32,000 nucleotides of DNA from Candidatus Fokinia solitaria. Its GTDB lineage: Bacteria > Pseudomonadota > Alphaproteobacteria > Rickettsiales > Midichloriaceae. Position 1 is the first letter of the stretch. Every line of letters begins with the position of its first letter. A model generated the notes under the pieces. It ran no database searches. It had not been told where the DNA came from and saw nothing but the letters and a program-made list of their open reading frames with translations. The stretch spans positions 750,001 to 782,000 of the forward strand of contig NZ_CP025989.1 of the NCBI RefSeq assembly GCF_003072485.1. The letters are read 5' to 3'. Position numbers and translations under genes: made by a program. This document shows positions 1 through 10,173 of this stretch, one piece after another.

Positions 1-1137
1 TCGTCTCAAAAGTTGGAAAATGATATTTTCAAAAAATACAAAAAAACAAAATTCAAGATAAATAGCAGCATACTGGTACAACAGCATGATTACGATAATA
101 GCGGCACAAAGCTCTTAGAGGTAAAAAACGGGAAGGATCAAATCTGCGCAATGTTCAATGAAAAGCAGCAGATACATGTCGTGAAACACTTCAAAAACGT
201 CAAAGCGACTTGTAAATTGCATAAAGACTTCCTCCTTCATGAATTTTCTAAAGTTGCAAAAAAAAGAAGACTACCTAAAGAATCGTCAATTTTCTTAGTA
301 AATTGCAAATTAGATGGAAAATTACCATTTTCTCAGAATCTCAAAAAAAGCGGACTTTCTGATAAAGTAGTATATCATTGCAATAGTCTTATAAAGAATA
401 TCGGATGTACAAAGAAGCTCCAAGGAGATTTCAAAGTGGCGTACTCTTATGCAAATAATGGCTCTCCTACGATCTTGTATATCTCTCTCCAAAAACATCT
501 TAATAAACCTCCGATTGAAGCCTTCTTTTATAAGACTAGCACTCAAAGCGGATACTTCTTTAAAAATGGGGCATTGATCAATAAATCATCTCAAGCACGA
601 AGTACGTTTATATCTCCAGTAAAAGGTAAAATAACATCTTCTTATGGACGGAGAAAACATCCGATTTTTGGCACATATCGCATGCATCGAGGCGTAGATT
701 ATGGCGCACCACGAGGCACTTTAGTAGTTGCGTCAAATCATGGTACTATAGCAGAATGCTCATATAATAGCGGCTTAGGTAGATATGTCAGAATACAACA
801 CGATAATGGATATTCCACGGTATATGCTCATCTATCACAGTTCAGTTCTGGTATAGCAGTTGGGAAAAAAGTATCTCAAAAACAAGTAATAGGATATGTT
901 GGTAGTACTGGCACTTCTACTGGCTCTCACTTACATTTTGAAGTACGAAAAGGCAGAACTGCAATGAATCCACAGCTCGTATGTGGTAGTGCTACACATG
1001 GTATTGCAAAACAAACTAAAAACATACTGACAGCAGATTTTAAGTTGCATATGCATAATATTAAGAAATTGTTCTCAGCGCAACAAATGCCACATATTCA
1101 AACTGCACTTATATCACTGCCATATACGTTTTGGTAA
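1..1137 (+). CDS. M23 family metallopeptidase (LytM/peptidoglycan endopeptidase), probably 5'-partial
   Basis: C-terminal domain contains HRGVDYGAPRGTLVVASNHGTI...GLGRYVRIQHDNGYSTVYAHLS...IGYVGSTGTSTGSHLHFEVRKG, the HxxxD and HLHFE metal-binding motifs of M23. The track's TTG start at 13 is in frame with open codons back to position 1 (TCG TCT CAA AAG), so the gene probably begins upstream. Confidence 0.93.
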   Translation, partial: SSQKLENDIFKKYKKTKFKINSSILVQQHDYDNSGTKLLEVKNGKDQICAMFNEKQQIHVVKHFKNVKATCKLHKDFLLHEFSKVAKKRRLPKESSIFLVNCKLDGKLPFSQNLKKSGLSDKVVYHCNSLIKNIGCTKKLQGDFKVAYSYANNGSPTILYISLQKHLNKPPIEAFFYKTSTQSGYFFKNGALINKSSQARSTFISPVKGKITSSYGRRKHPIFGTYRMHRGVDYGAPRGTLVVASNHGTIAECSYNSGLGRYVRIQHDNGYSTVYAHLSQFSSGIAVGKKVSQKQVIGYVGSTGTSTGSHLHFEVRKGRTAMNPQLVCGSATHGIAKQTKNILTADFKLHMHNIKKLFSAQQMPHIQTALISLPYTFW

Positions 1138-1164
1138 TGGCATTGGCAACTTATTGAATCTCTC

Positions 1165-3045
1165 ATGAAAGATTTTGATGTAATAATAGTCGGCGCAGGA
1201 CATGCTGGAATTGAAGCTGCTGCCGCTGCTGCAAGAAGAGGATGTAATGTATGTTTGATTACAAAATCTAATGCTAATCTTGGAGAGTTATCATGTAATC
1301 CATCAATAGGAGGAGTTGGTAAAGGCACTATCGTTAGAGAAATTGACGCATTAGATGGAATAATGTCTCAAGTTGCTGATATGAGTAGCATACATTTCAA
1401 AGTACTGAATTCTAGCAAAGGCCCTGCAGTATGGGGATATAGAGCGCAAATAGATAGAGAGGCGTACAAAAAGCACATGTCGTACGTGCTTTCTCAGTAT
1501 TATAATATCACAGCAATATTTGGAGAAGTAACAGATATTCTACTTGATAATCACTTAAATACAGTACAAGGCGTATCTGTTATTGAAGCAGATTCTTCCA
1601 ATCGTCATCAAATATTATCTAAGAGTATAGTAATTACCACCGGCACTTTCTTAAACGGAAAAATGTACATCGGTAACTCCATCTCAGCAGGAGGGCGGTA
1701 CGGGGAAAATGCTTCGGTAGAATTATCACAGTTATTTAAGAAGCTTAAATTTTCGACTGGTAGACTCAAAACAGGTACACCTGCACGAATAGTTAAAAAT
1801 TCAATTAACTATAAAGATCTTGAAGAACAGCATGGTGATATAACGCCACGAAAGTTTTCGACAAAAACGCTTCCATTCTCACAACAACAAATTAGTTGTT
1901 TTATTACTTATACAAATAATCTCACTCATGACATTATTAAGGAAAATATTCACAAATCTCCTATATATTCTAACCTCATACAATCGACAGGGCCTCGATA
2001 TTGCCCTTCAATAGAAGATAAGATAGTAAGATTTCACCGTGATAGGCATCAAGTTTTTCTAGAACCGGAAGGTCTGGACAGCACTTTAATATATCCAAAT
2101 GGCATCTCTACTTCCTTGCCGCAAGATGTTCAAGAAAGCTTTATAAGAACTATAAAAGGACTAGAGAATTGCGAAATAGCGCGATACGGATATGCTGTAG
2201 AGTATGACTTCGTAAATCCACGAGAATTATATCATAGTTTAGAAACGAGAAGAGTAAGCGGATTGTTCTTAGCTGGACAAATAAACGGCACCACGGGATA
2301 CGAAGAAGCAGCAGGACAAGGCATTATAGCAGGTATTAATGCGGCAGCTTATGCAAGAGAAGGCAGTAACTACAAAAGATTCATACTCTCCCGCAGCGAA
2401 GCATACATAGGAGTGATGATAGATGATTTGATTACAATAGGCATAAAAGAACCTTATAGAATGATGACAAGTAGAGCTGAATTCAGAATGGTACTCAGAC
2501 CAGATAATGCAGAAAAAAGACTAACTGCAAAAGGTATAAAGTACGGCGTAGTAAGAGAGAAAAAAGCAGCGCAATACTATACGGAAAAAAATGACTTTAA
2601 TAGCGCAACTCTCATACTACAAAATACAAGAATCGACAAAACAATTATCGAAGCGCATCCATCTTTAGAAAAAAGAGTAGGAAAGTCATTATGGGATGTA
2701 ATAGGATTACCGGAAATAGAGTGGAAACATATACTAGACAATATGCAAACTATGAATCGCTATGATGACAACATAAAAGAACAGATACATATTGAAAGCT
2801 TATATTCTCACTATGTATCAAGACAAGAAAAGGAGATCTCCATTATGAATGATGAAGCAAATACCGTAATTCCAAAAACATTAAACTACAAACTCATACC
2901 ATCACTATCTGCTGAGATTTCCTCAAAGCTAACAGCAATTAAACCGCAGAATATGAGTGAAATAAGAAAAATAGAAGGCATTACTCCAATAGCGTTATTT
3001 ATTATAAAGCAGTACATCGCTAAAATGGCTACAGCAGTACAATAG
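1165..3045 (+). CDS. mnmG: tRNA uridine-5-carboxymethylaminomethyl(34) synthesis enzyme MnmG (GidA)
   Basis: N-terminal FAD motif [94 protein letters not shown]; 626 aa is the expected length. Confidence 0.98.
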   Translation: MKDFDVIIVGAGHAGIEAAAAAARRGCNVCLITKSNANLGELSCNPSIGGVGKGTIVREIDALDGIMSQVADMSSIHFKVLNSSKGPAVWGYRAQIDREAYKKHMSYVLSQYYNITAIFGEVTDILLDNHLNTVQGVSVIEADSSNRHQILSKSIVITTGTFLNGKMYIGNSISAGGRYGENASVELSQLFKKLKFSTGRLKTGTPARIVKNSINYKDLEEQHGDITPRKFSTKTLPFSQQQISCFITYTNNLTHDIIKENIHKSPIYSNLIQSTGPRYCPSIEDKIVRFHRDRHQVFLEPEGLDSTLIYPNGISTSLPQDVQESFIRTIKGLENCEIARYGYAVEYDFVNPRELYHSLETRRVSGLFLAGQINGTTGYEEAAGQGIIAGINAAAYAREGSNYKRFILSRSEAYIGVMIDDLITIGIKEPYRMMTSRAEFRMVLRPDNAEKRLTAKGIKYGVVREKKAAQYYTEKNDFNSATLILQNTRIDKTIIEAHPSLEKRVGKSLWDVIGLPEIEWKHILDNMQTMNRYDDNIKEQIHIESLYSHYVSRQEKEISIMNDEANTVIPKTLNYKLIPSLSAEISSKLTAIKPQNMSEIRKIEGITPIALFIIKQYIAKMATAVQ

Positions 3046-3157
3046 CATCAGTAGTATCAATCAGAGTGAGTACAACAAATATAAAATTACGTCTCTTGAT
3101 ATTATTGCAAACATTTTTTTTATCATCTAGTTTTTCGTAAACGAAAATAATCAATAT

Positions 3158-4168
3158 ATGTATGAAGTCATTATCATCGGTGCAGGTCCTGTAGGACTTT
3201 TTACAGCCTTTGAAACAGGTACATTAGGCCTTAAAACAGCAATTGTAGATTCACTTAGTTACGTTGGAGGACAATGTGCAGCGCTATATCCTGAAAAGCC
3301 AATATATGATATACCTGCACATCCAAAAATCTCTGGGAAAGCACTGACTGATAACTTACTTCAGCAGATACAGCGCTTTGAACACGACATTTTTCTGAGC
3401 TATCCTGTGATTTCTCTTCAAAAAGATAAGCAAAATGAATGGATTTTAAAAGCAGAAGGTAGAGAAGATATACACGCTAAAACCGTTATAATTGCTTCCG
3501 GTGGCGGAATACTAGAACCTAAAAAACCTATTTTAGAAGGCATAGAAGAATTGGAAGGTAATAGTGTGCTATATAGCATCCAAAATACCGATATCTTTAA
3601 CGGAAAAAACGTAGCTATTGCTGGAGGTGGCGATTCTGCGGTAGATTGGGCAATAATTCTCAGTGATATTGCGAATAAGGTATACTTTATACATAGAAGA
3701 GATACCTTTCGCGCTATGCCATCCAGTGTAAATGAAATGATGGAGAAGTGCAAAACTGGCAAAATAGAAATGGTAATACCGTATCAACTGGACAAACTCA
3801 TTTCTGAAGATGGCAAATTAAAAGGTATCGGACTAAGTAACATCGCTTCTGAAATCGATAAAAAAGAATTAGATGTGCAATATTTATTGCCATTCTTCGG
3901 ATTATCAATGGTCAATACATTCATTCATACTATCAACGGTATTACTCTTACTGCAGATAGTAAGCAAATAAAAGTAAATCAATCTAGTATGTCTACAGCA
4001 ATAAGCGGGTTATTCGCAGCGGGAGATGTATGCTACTATGATAATAAGTTAAAGCTCATTCTGACAGGCTTCGCAGAAGGCGCTACAGCAGCGCACGCAG
4101 CATTCAAAATAGCAAGACCAAATACAGAACTAAGAACGAAATACTCCACTCAGCAATTTCATTCATGA
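3158..4168 (+). CDS. Thioredoxin reductase-like ferredoxin--NADP(+) reductase (type 2 FNR)
   Basis: YEVIIIGAGPVGLFTAFETG FAD-binding motif, YVGGQCAALYPEKPIYDIPAHPKI, second nucleotide-binding motif VAIAGGGDSAVDWA, FAAGDVCYY; lacks the CxxC of true thioredoxin reductase. Confidence 0.92.
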   Translation: MYEVIIIGAGPVGLFTAFETGTLGLKTAIVDSLSYVGGQCAALYPEKPIYDIPAHPKISGKALTDNLLQQIQRFEHDIFLSYPVISLQKDKQNEWILKAEGREDIHAKTVIIASGGGILEPKKPILEGIEELEGNSVLYSIQNTDIFNGKNVAIAGGGDSAVDWAIILSDIANKVYFIHRRDTFRAMPSSVNEMMEKCKTGKIEMVIPYQLDKLISEDGKLKGIGLSNIASEIDKKELDVQYLLPFFGLSMVNTFIHTINGITLTADSKQIKVNQSSMSTAISGLFAAGDVCYYDNKLKLILTGFAEGATAAHAAFKIARPNTELRTKYSTQQFHS

Positions 4169-4866
4169 AGCGTAACATAGAAGATATACTAGGCTATAAA
4201 TTTCAAAACATCTCGTTATTACAAGAAGCTTTGAATCATCCAAGCTTAAACACTACAAAATGGAAGAAGATCAGCACATATCAAAGATTGGAATTTCTAG
4301 GAGATGCGGTAATACAACTTGTACTTTCTCATTACGTATATACTCTTACACCTCAGTACAGCGAAGGAGATCTTTCTCTTATGATGTCTAATTTAGTAAA
4401 CGGCAAGGTGTCAGCACGTATAGCAAAGGACATACATCTAGGGCAATACATAGCCATGAGCGCATCAGAGGAAAACGATCTTGGAAGAGAAAAAGACAGT
4501 AATCTTGAAGATGCATTGGAAGCAGTAATAGGAGCAATTTATCTCGATGGTGGATTAGAAGAAGTAAGGAAAGTAGTTCAAAATTTATGGAAGAAAATGA
4601 TAGATACTGAAAGTATTCACTCTCTGATTAAGAAAAATGAGAAAACTGAACTACAAGAAATTTTACAAGAAATGAAGATTGAGTTACCGCAGTATAAATG
4701 TATAAATATCGAAAAAATGGATGGTGAAGAAGTATTTATTATCGAAGTCAGCGCTGGAAAATGGAAATGCAAAGGAAAAGGAAAAAGTAAAAGAGAAGGA
4801 GAACGCCGCGCCGCTAAAGAGATGTTAAATCTCATAGCAAAGAAGAAGCAAGGAATCGATATCTAA
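4165..4866 (+). CDS. rnc: Ribonuclease III
   Basis: YQRLEFLGDAVIQLVLSHYVY signature, DALEAVIGAIYLDGG, and a C-terminal dsRBD with GKGKSKREGERRAAKEML. Start overlaps the upstream stop by 4 nt (ATGA). Confidence 0.97.
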   Translation: MKRNIEDILGYKFQNISLLQEALNHPSLNTTKWKKISTYQRLEFLGDAVIQLVLSHYVYTLTPQYSEGDLSLMMSNLVNGKVSARIAKDIHLGQYIAMSASEENDLGREKDSNLEDALEAVIGAIYLDGGLEEVRKVVQNLWKKMIDTESIHSLIKKNEKTELQEILQEMKIELPQYKCINIEKMDGEEVFIIEVSAGKWKCKGKGKSKREGERRAAKEMLNLIAKKKQGIDI

Positions 4867-5096
4867 AAGTTCAACATCTTTAATCTTTATACTTATAATC
4901 AGATAGCACTGCACAATCTGCAAAAAGTAATTGAGTAAGAATCGGAAATAGCATTAGCAATAAGTATATTCTTTTATATCCTCGAAGAGTGATATATACA
5001 CTGCCATTAAGATCTTATGAAGTTAGCTGCAATATTTATCACTTTAGCGCTTGAAGTCGTATACTAAAAAAAGATATACAAGTAGATAAAGATTAT

Positions 5097-6458
5097 ATGA
5101 AGAAAGCTATGGCATTGAATAGAAATAGAGAAAATATCGGAAGAGGCAATGATGGCATCAATGCGAACATGCTGTCATTTATAGGTAATCTCTTTATAGG
5201 AGTAATTGGTACAAGTATAGTATCATTAATAGGAAATAGCATGCGTAGTCTCGGCAAAGCAGAAGTAGGATGCGTGAACAAAGTGGAAGAGTACTTTAAG
5301 AGAATATGCAAGAAGGATGAGCTGCAGAATTTAGAGAATAAGAGGGAGAAAAGAGATGATAAAGTGGAGAAGGTAGTGCAAGAAGTGGCGAAGGAAGAAG
5401 AGCCGGTAGTGCAAGAAGGTAAAGAGAGAATAGTAGAGGAAGAGAAGAGGAGAGAAAGATGGGAAGGATTAAGTGAGGAGCAGAAGAAGGAAATGGAGAA
5501 GCTGCAGCTCTCAGAAGAGAAGATAAAGAACATTATAGAGACGCGGCAAAAAAAGATTGATACATATCAGATCAAAGATTACGACGACAAGATGATGTTC
5601 ATTCGGGAAAGATTAGCTAATGAATCATCTCGATATAACTTACTAGTGAATCAGATAAAACAGAAGAAGTTGCTAGGGGAGTTAGATTCTATTCTGGAAA
5701 TGGAAAAACAAAAGAATGAGAGAGAGTATGAGCAATGGGTAATAACAGAAGAGAGAAACCGTGATCAGCTGAAACATGTACAAGAGCAGGAATTGCCAAA
5801 GTTTATAATCACTGAAAACGATAGAAGAGCAATTGTGTGGAAAGAAGCATCGGAAAAGCTTCTTCAAGCAAGTGTAATAGCAGCTCAAGCGTGGCAAATG
5901 GAATTAAAAGGAGATGTAGGAGGCGCTACTGCACTTCGAAAACAGTATCATTCTCCTCTCATGGAGGATGCTTATAAGATCAGCATGAAATTACACTCTC
6001 TATACAGTATTGCACCGTTTGCTCCTGCTAGATTAGAAGATAAAGATGTTGTGATGAAAGGAGGTACGAGAACAGATTACAGGACTTATACCTCTCCTAA
6101 TAATCCAAATGTGTTATTCACTCACAGTTCAAAGAAGTTTTATAATGCATTTAAGGACGTTATACATAAGATACATTTCTGTAAACCTATGAAAGTAGGA
6201 GACTTCAATTCTTCTATATTCGAAGGTGATAGAAAAAAGGAAATAATGGTCGCTCCTATGTGTACTTCTCCTCATTGTTGTCCAGGAACATCAGAGTTAA
6301 CTCCTAGAGAGTTTTTCGTCGCAGATGATCATTACAACAATGCCGATGTATTTACCCTCTCTACCAATGATATGTTATACACTACATACGACGGTGTAGT
6401 TCATCACAATGGCGGCATCGATTCCTCCATACTTCATACAGATAGCGTTATATCTTAG
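5097..6458 (+). CDS. Hypothetical protein: short hydrophobic N-terminal segment, long charged/coiled-coil region, Cys/His-containing C-terminal region
   Basis: 453-aa open frame. N-terminal MLSFIGNLFIGVIGTSIVSLIG is hydrophobic, followed by K/E-rich heptad-like sequence (ENKREKRDDKVEKVVQEVAKEEE...). No family recognised. Start could also be the in-frame ATG at 5109. Confidence 0.75.
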   Translation: MKKAMALNRNRENIGRGNDGINANMLSFIGNLFIGVIGTSIVSLIGNSMRSLGKAEVGCVNKVEEYFKRICKKDELQNLENKREKRDDKVEKVVQEVAKEEEPVVQEGKERIVEEEKRRERWEGLSEEQKKEMEKLQLSEEKIKNIIETRQKKIDTYQIKDYDDKMMFIRERLANESSRYNLLVNQIKQKKLLGELDSILEMEKQKNEREYEQWVITEERNRDQLKHVQEQELPKFIITENDRRAIVWKEASEKLLQASVIAAQAWQMELKGDVGGATALRKQYHSPLMEDAYKISMKLHSLYSIAPFAPARLEDKDVVMKGGTRTDYRTYTSPNNPNVLFTHSSKKFYNAFKDVIHKIHFCKPMKVGDFNSSIFEGDRKKEIMVAPMCTSPHCCPGTSELTPREFFVADDHYNNADVFTLSTNDMLYTTYDGVVHHNGGIDSSILHTDSVIS

Positions 6459-6611
6459 TTCGTCCTCGCTTCCAAGTACAATACACGTATTTGGAAGCTT
6501 TCCATCTTACTTCTTCTTAGCTCCTCGATACGTTCTTATATTACCGCCACACTTCACCCTTCATCTTACTTCCGAAGAAAAAGAGATAAAGCAACGAATA
6601 ATACTTCTTAC

Positions 6612-8711
6612 CTATACTCCTTTTTCTTTGTTGATTATAGCATCACTCACTGCCTGTGGTACGAACTCATACGAATCAAATACCATCGTATAATTTGCCC
6701 TCCCCTGTGTAGCCGATCTCAAAACACTCACAAAGCCGAACATACTTCCAAGCGGCACTTTTCCAGTAATCACCTTACCGCTATAATTATCTTCAATCTC
6801 TGTGATCTTTCCTCGTCTACTATTCAATAATCCCATCACATCACCCATAAAATCGACAGGAGTTACTACCTCGACTTTCATTATAGGTTCTAACAGCTTT
6901 GGACATGCTTTCATCATGCCTTCTCTAAAAGCCGCTTTTGCAGCTATTTCGAATGCTAAAGCACTAGAATCTACATCATGATACGCGCCATCAGTAAGCA
7001 CCGCACGAAAGTCCTGCAACTTATATCCTGCAAGCACTCCATTCTCTGCTGCATCGTATATACCGTGCTCAATTGCAGGAATATATTCTTTAGGAATGGC
7101 ACCTCCAACAATCTTATTCTCAAATTTTATCCCTGTCTCTCCGTCTTCTAATGGTGCAAATGTAATGATAACACGTGCAAACTGTCCAGCACCACCCGTC
7201 TGCTTCTTATGTAAATAATCTACAGTATAACTTTTAGTAATTGCTTCGCGATAAGCAACTTGAGGTTCTCCATGTCTTACTTCTAATCCGAATTCTCTCT
7301 TCATTCTATCAAGAATAATATCAAGATGTAACTCTCCCATACCCGCTAACACGGTCTGCCCTGTCTCATGATTGACCTCAATTCTCAAACTCGGATCTTC
7401 ATTACTGAGTTTATTGATGACCAAGCTCATCTTTTCTTGATCTCCTTTATTTTTTGGCTCTATGGATATCTTTATTACACTTTCCGGTACTTCGATCTTT
7501 TCCAAGATCACTTTAGTGCCAGTTTTAGAACACAATGTATTACCAGTACTGGTATTTTTGAGACCAGCAAGCGCTACTATATCTCCTGCTTTAGCACTTT
7601 TTATATCCTCTCTTTCATTCGCATGCATCAGCAATATTCTACCAACTCTTTCATCAGAATCCTTAGAAGTATTAGTCAATGCAACACCACTCTCGATAGA
7701 ACCACAATATATTCTCACAAAGGTAATTGAACCGACGAATTTATCATTCATTATCTTAAATGCAAGCGCTACAGTTTGCTCTTTGTCTGAATGAGAAAAC
7801 TCAATTTCCTCACCTTTTGCGACAGTTAATGCTTTAATAGGAGGTAAATCCAAAGGACTCGGAAGATAATCAACGACGGCATCTAGTATCATTTGAACTC
7901 CCTTATTTTTAAAAGCACTTCCGCAAAAAACTGGAAATATTGCACACTTAATTGTCGCATGGCGTATACATTTCTTTATCTCTTGAGAAGTAATTTCCTG
8001 TCCATTCAAATACTTTTCAAAACACTTTTCGTCATACTCTACAGCACTTTCTATAATTAAATTTCGAAACTTCTTTGCTTCTTCTAGCATATGATCTGGA
8101 ATCGGAATTTCTTCAAATTTTGCACCATTATCATCACCTGTCCAACGAAATCCCTTAAATTCTACTAAATCTACTATACCTACAAATTGATCTTCCGTTC
8201 CTATAGGAAGTTGCATAAGCACTGTCTTTACTCCAAATCTATCCTTCATCATATCAATACAGCGCATAAGATTCGCGCCTATTCTATCCATTTTATTTAC
8301 GAAGCATATTCTCGCCACATTATGCTTATTCGCTTGCCTCCAAACAGTTTCTGATTGAGGTTCGACACCACTTACAGCGTCGAAGACGGCTATTGCACCA
8401 TCCAAAACACGCATAGATCTCTCTACCTCGATAGTAAAATCCACATGTCCAGGCGTATCTATGATGTTAATTCTATAATCAAGATTGTTCATTCTCCAAA
8501 AGCATGTAGTCGCTGCTGAAGTTATAGTAATTCCTCTTTCTTGCTCTTGCACCATCCAGTCCATAGTCGCGCTTCCATCATGCACTTCGCCGATAGAGTG
8601 AGACTTTCCAGTATAGTAAAGTATCCTCTCGGTAGTTGTGGTTTTTCCAGCATCGATATGCGCTGCTATACCTATATTTCTATACCTTTCAGATGGGACG
8701 TTAGCACTCAT
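6612..8711 (-). CDS. fusA: Translation elongation factor G
   Basis: [66 protein letters not shown]; 699 aa; downstream of rpsL-rpsG as in str operons. Confidence 0.99.
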   Translation of the reverse strand: MSANVPSERYRNIGIAAHIDAGKTTTTERILYYTGKSHSIGEVHDGSATMDWMVQEQERGITITSAATTCFWRMNNLDYRINIIDTPGHVDFTIEVERSMRVLDGAIAVFDAVSGVEPQSETVWRQANKHNVARICFVNKMDRIGANLMRCIDMMKDRFGVKTVLMQLPIGTEDQFVGIVDLVEFKGFRWTGDDNGAKFEEIPIPDHMLEEAKKFRNLIIESAVEYDEKCFEKYLNGQEITSQEIKKCIRHATIKCAIFPVFCGSAFKNKGVQMILDAVVDYLPSPLDLPPIKALTVAKGEEIEFSHSDKEQTVALAFKIMNDKFVGSITFVRIYCGSIESGVALTNTSKDSDERVGRILLMHANEREDIKSAKAGDIVALAGLKNTSTGNTLCSKTGTKVILEKIEVPESVIKISIEPKNKGDQEKMSLVINKLSNEDPSLRIEVNHETGQTVLAGMGELHLDIILDRMKREFGLEVRHGEPQVAYREAITKSYTVDYLHKKQTGGAGQFARVIITFAPLEDGETGIKFENKIVGGAIPKEYIPAIEHGIYDAAENGVLAGYKLQDFRAVLTDGAYHDVDSSALAFEIAAKAAFREGMMKACPKLLEPIMKVEVVTPVDFMGDVMGLLNSRRGKITEIEDNYSGKVITGKVPLGSMFGFVSVLRSATQGRANYTMVFDSYEFVPQAVSDAIINKEKGV

Positions 8712-8752
8712 TATAATAAAAAATTAAAACTCTTGTAGTCTCTTAGAAACGA

Positions 8753-9226
8753 CTACCACTTTAAATGAGCAAAAGCTCTATTAGCTTCAGCCATTTTATG
8801 TACTTCTTCACGTTTTTTCAATACAGTACCACGAGATTCTACAATTTCAGTAAAACATGCTGCAAGCGATGCTGCCATTCCGCCTCTTTTTCTATTATTT
8901 CTAGCCTCATTAATAATCCATCTCATTGCAAGCGCAACACCACGACGCAAACTAACTTCATGAGGCACTTGATACGTAGCACCACCTACTCTTTTAGAGC
9001 GCACTTCTACCAAAGGTCTAGATTTCTCTATACACTCCGAGAACATCGTTAATGGCTGTATCTTCTTCGATTCTGCCACTTCTTCTATTGCTTTGTAAGT
9101 GATAAACTGCGCTTTTGCTTTCAAGCCGTCATGCATCATATAATTGATGAATCTCTGAACTACAGAATCAGAATATCTGTGGTCTTTTGATATCTGTCTA
9201 ATCTTTGCACGAGAACGTCTTGACAT
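8753..9226 (-). CDS. rpsG: 30S ribosomal protein S7
   Basis: MSRRSRAKIR...VQRFINYMMHDGLKAKAQ...RSRRVGGATYQVP-like (SKRVGGATYQVPHEVSLRRGVALAMRWI)...KREEVHKMAEANRAFAHLKW. Confidence 0.98.
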   Translation of the reverse strand: MSRRSRAKIRQISKDHRYSDSVVQRFINYMMHDGLKAKAQFITYKAIEEVAESKKIQPLTMFSECIEKSRPLVEVRSKRVGGATYQVPHEVSLRRGVALAMRWIINEARNNRKRGGMAASLAACFTEIVESRGTVLKKREEVHKMAEANRAFAHLKW

Positions 9227-9253
9227 AATAATGAGAAAATCTATTAAAAAAAA

Positions 9254-9631
9254 TTAACCTTTAGGACGTTTTGCACCGTACCTGGAGCGAGATTGCATCC
9301 TACTCTTCACACCTTGCGTATCCAATGTACCACGCTCTACATGATACCGTACTCCGGGAAGATCTGGTACACGTCCTCCTCTCACAAGTACTACAGAGTG
9401 CTCTTGTAAATTGTGCCCTATACCGCCTATATAAGCTATTACCTCAAAGCCTGTAGTAAGGCGCACACGCGCTACCTTACGTAACGCAGAGTTAGGTTTC
9501 TTTGGAGTGGTAGTATACACCTTTGTACAAACGCCTCGTCTCTGAGAACATCCGCACAAAGCTGGCACCTTAGACTTCCTTCTCTTATCCACTCTTCCTT
9601 TGTTCTTTATAAGCTGATTAATCGTTGGCAT
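9254..9631 (-). CDS. rpsL: 30S ribosomal protein S12
   Basis: [79 protein letters not shown]. Confidence 0.99.
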   Translation of the reverse strand: MPTINQLIKNKGRVDKRRKSKVPALCGCSQRRGVCTKVYTTTPKKPNSALRKVARVRLTTGFEVIAYIGGIGHNLQEHSVVLVRGGRVPDLPGVRYHVERGTLDTQGVKSRMQSRSRYGAKRPKG

Positions 9632-9640
9632 AATACTTAT

Positions 9641-10132
9641 TTACTTTCGTATATTGTCCTTTTTCAAAACGACACCGCTACCAAAGTCCCAATTTTGCTT
9701 ATCTTTATAAAACATTGGTATGACGTGTAGTTTACCGTCAAGAAAAAATATCCTCTTAAATAGGTAATACATCATTACAGTGAATGTCAAGCCTAAAATA
9801 CTGGTAAATAGCATTATAAGCACGCTATTTGCGATCTTATAAGCAATGATCGACATAAAGATAAATGCAAGTCCTGCAGCAAAAGCTAAATAATTCATGA
9901 CTTGAATTACAATACTCGATCTGTATGAATACACTCTATCAAGTTCTTTTTGTCTTTGCACATTTTGCAGAATCATTTGTGCGAGTATTCTTGATATACC
10001 AGGGCAGACTTCTTCGTAACTTTCCAAAAGCGCCGGAGATGGAAAAGCGCCAAGATTAAGCCTCTTTATCTCATATACTATTCTATCTATGTCCTTGGCA
10101 TTACATTTGCTATCGCGATATGTTTTTCTCAT
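9641..10132 (-). CDS. DUF2335-like predicted membrane protein
   Basis: Soluble N-terminal region followed by two hydrophobic helices (YLAFAAGLAFIFMSIIAY and LIMLFTSILGLTFTVMMYYLF); resembles DUF2335-type proteins by length and topology. Family assignment is from memory of the pattern. Confidence 0.55.
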   Translation of the reverse strand: MRKTYRDSKCNAKDIDRIVYEIKRLNLGAFPSPALLESYEEVCPGISRILAQMILQNVQRQKELDRVYSYRSSIVIQVMNYLAFAAGLAFIFMSIIAYKIANSVLIMLFTSILGLTFTVMMYYLFKRIFFLDGKLHVIPMFYKDKQNWDFGSGVVLKKDNIRK

Positions 10133-10173
10133 TTTTTTCTATCTTTATTTATCTACTAATATGCTACTGATAA

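Noticed and set aside
1098-1328. 76-aa minus-strand ORF over the junction between the M23 peptidase and mnmG
   Set aside because: Covers the mnmG N-terminal coding sequence antisense; low-complexity Ala/Pro content arises from the Gly/Ala-rich FAD motif on the other strand.
3418-3762. 114-aa antisense ORF (plus other 60-120 aa antisense ORFs such as 7368-7730, 7462-7794, 8765-9052, 17717-18001)
   Set aside because: All lie wholly or mainly within confidently identified genes on the opposite strand and have no recognisable motifs.
5093-5533. 146-aa minus-strand ORF rich in Ser/Phe/Leu
   Set aside because: It is the antisense shadow of the K/E-rich coiled-coil coding region (GAA/AAG codons read as TTC/CTT); the plus-strand ORF is much longer.
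6409-6693. ORF ending in a lipobox-like stretch ([14 protein letters not shown]), superficially a small lipoprotein
   Set aside because: It overlaps the 3' ends of both the 5097-6458 ORF and fusA (antisense). The hydrophobic/Cys stretch is at the C-terminus, not the N-terminus, and its last part lies opposite fusA coding sequence. Most likely spurious.
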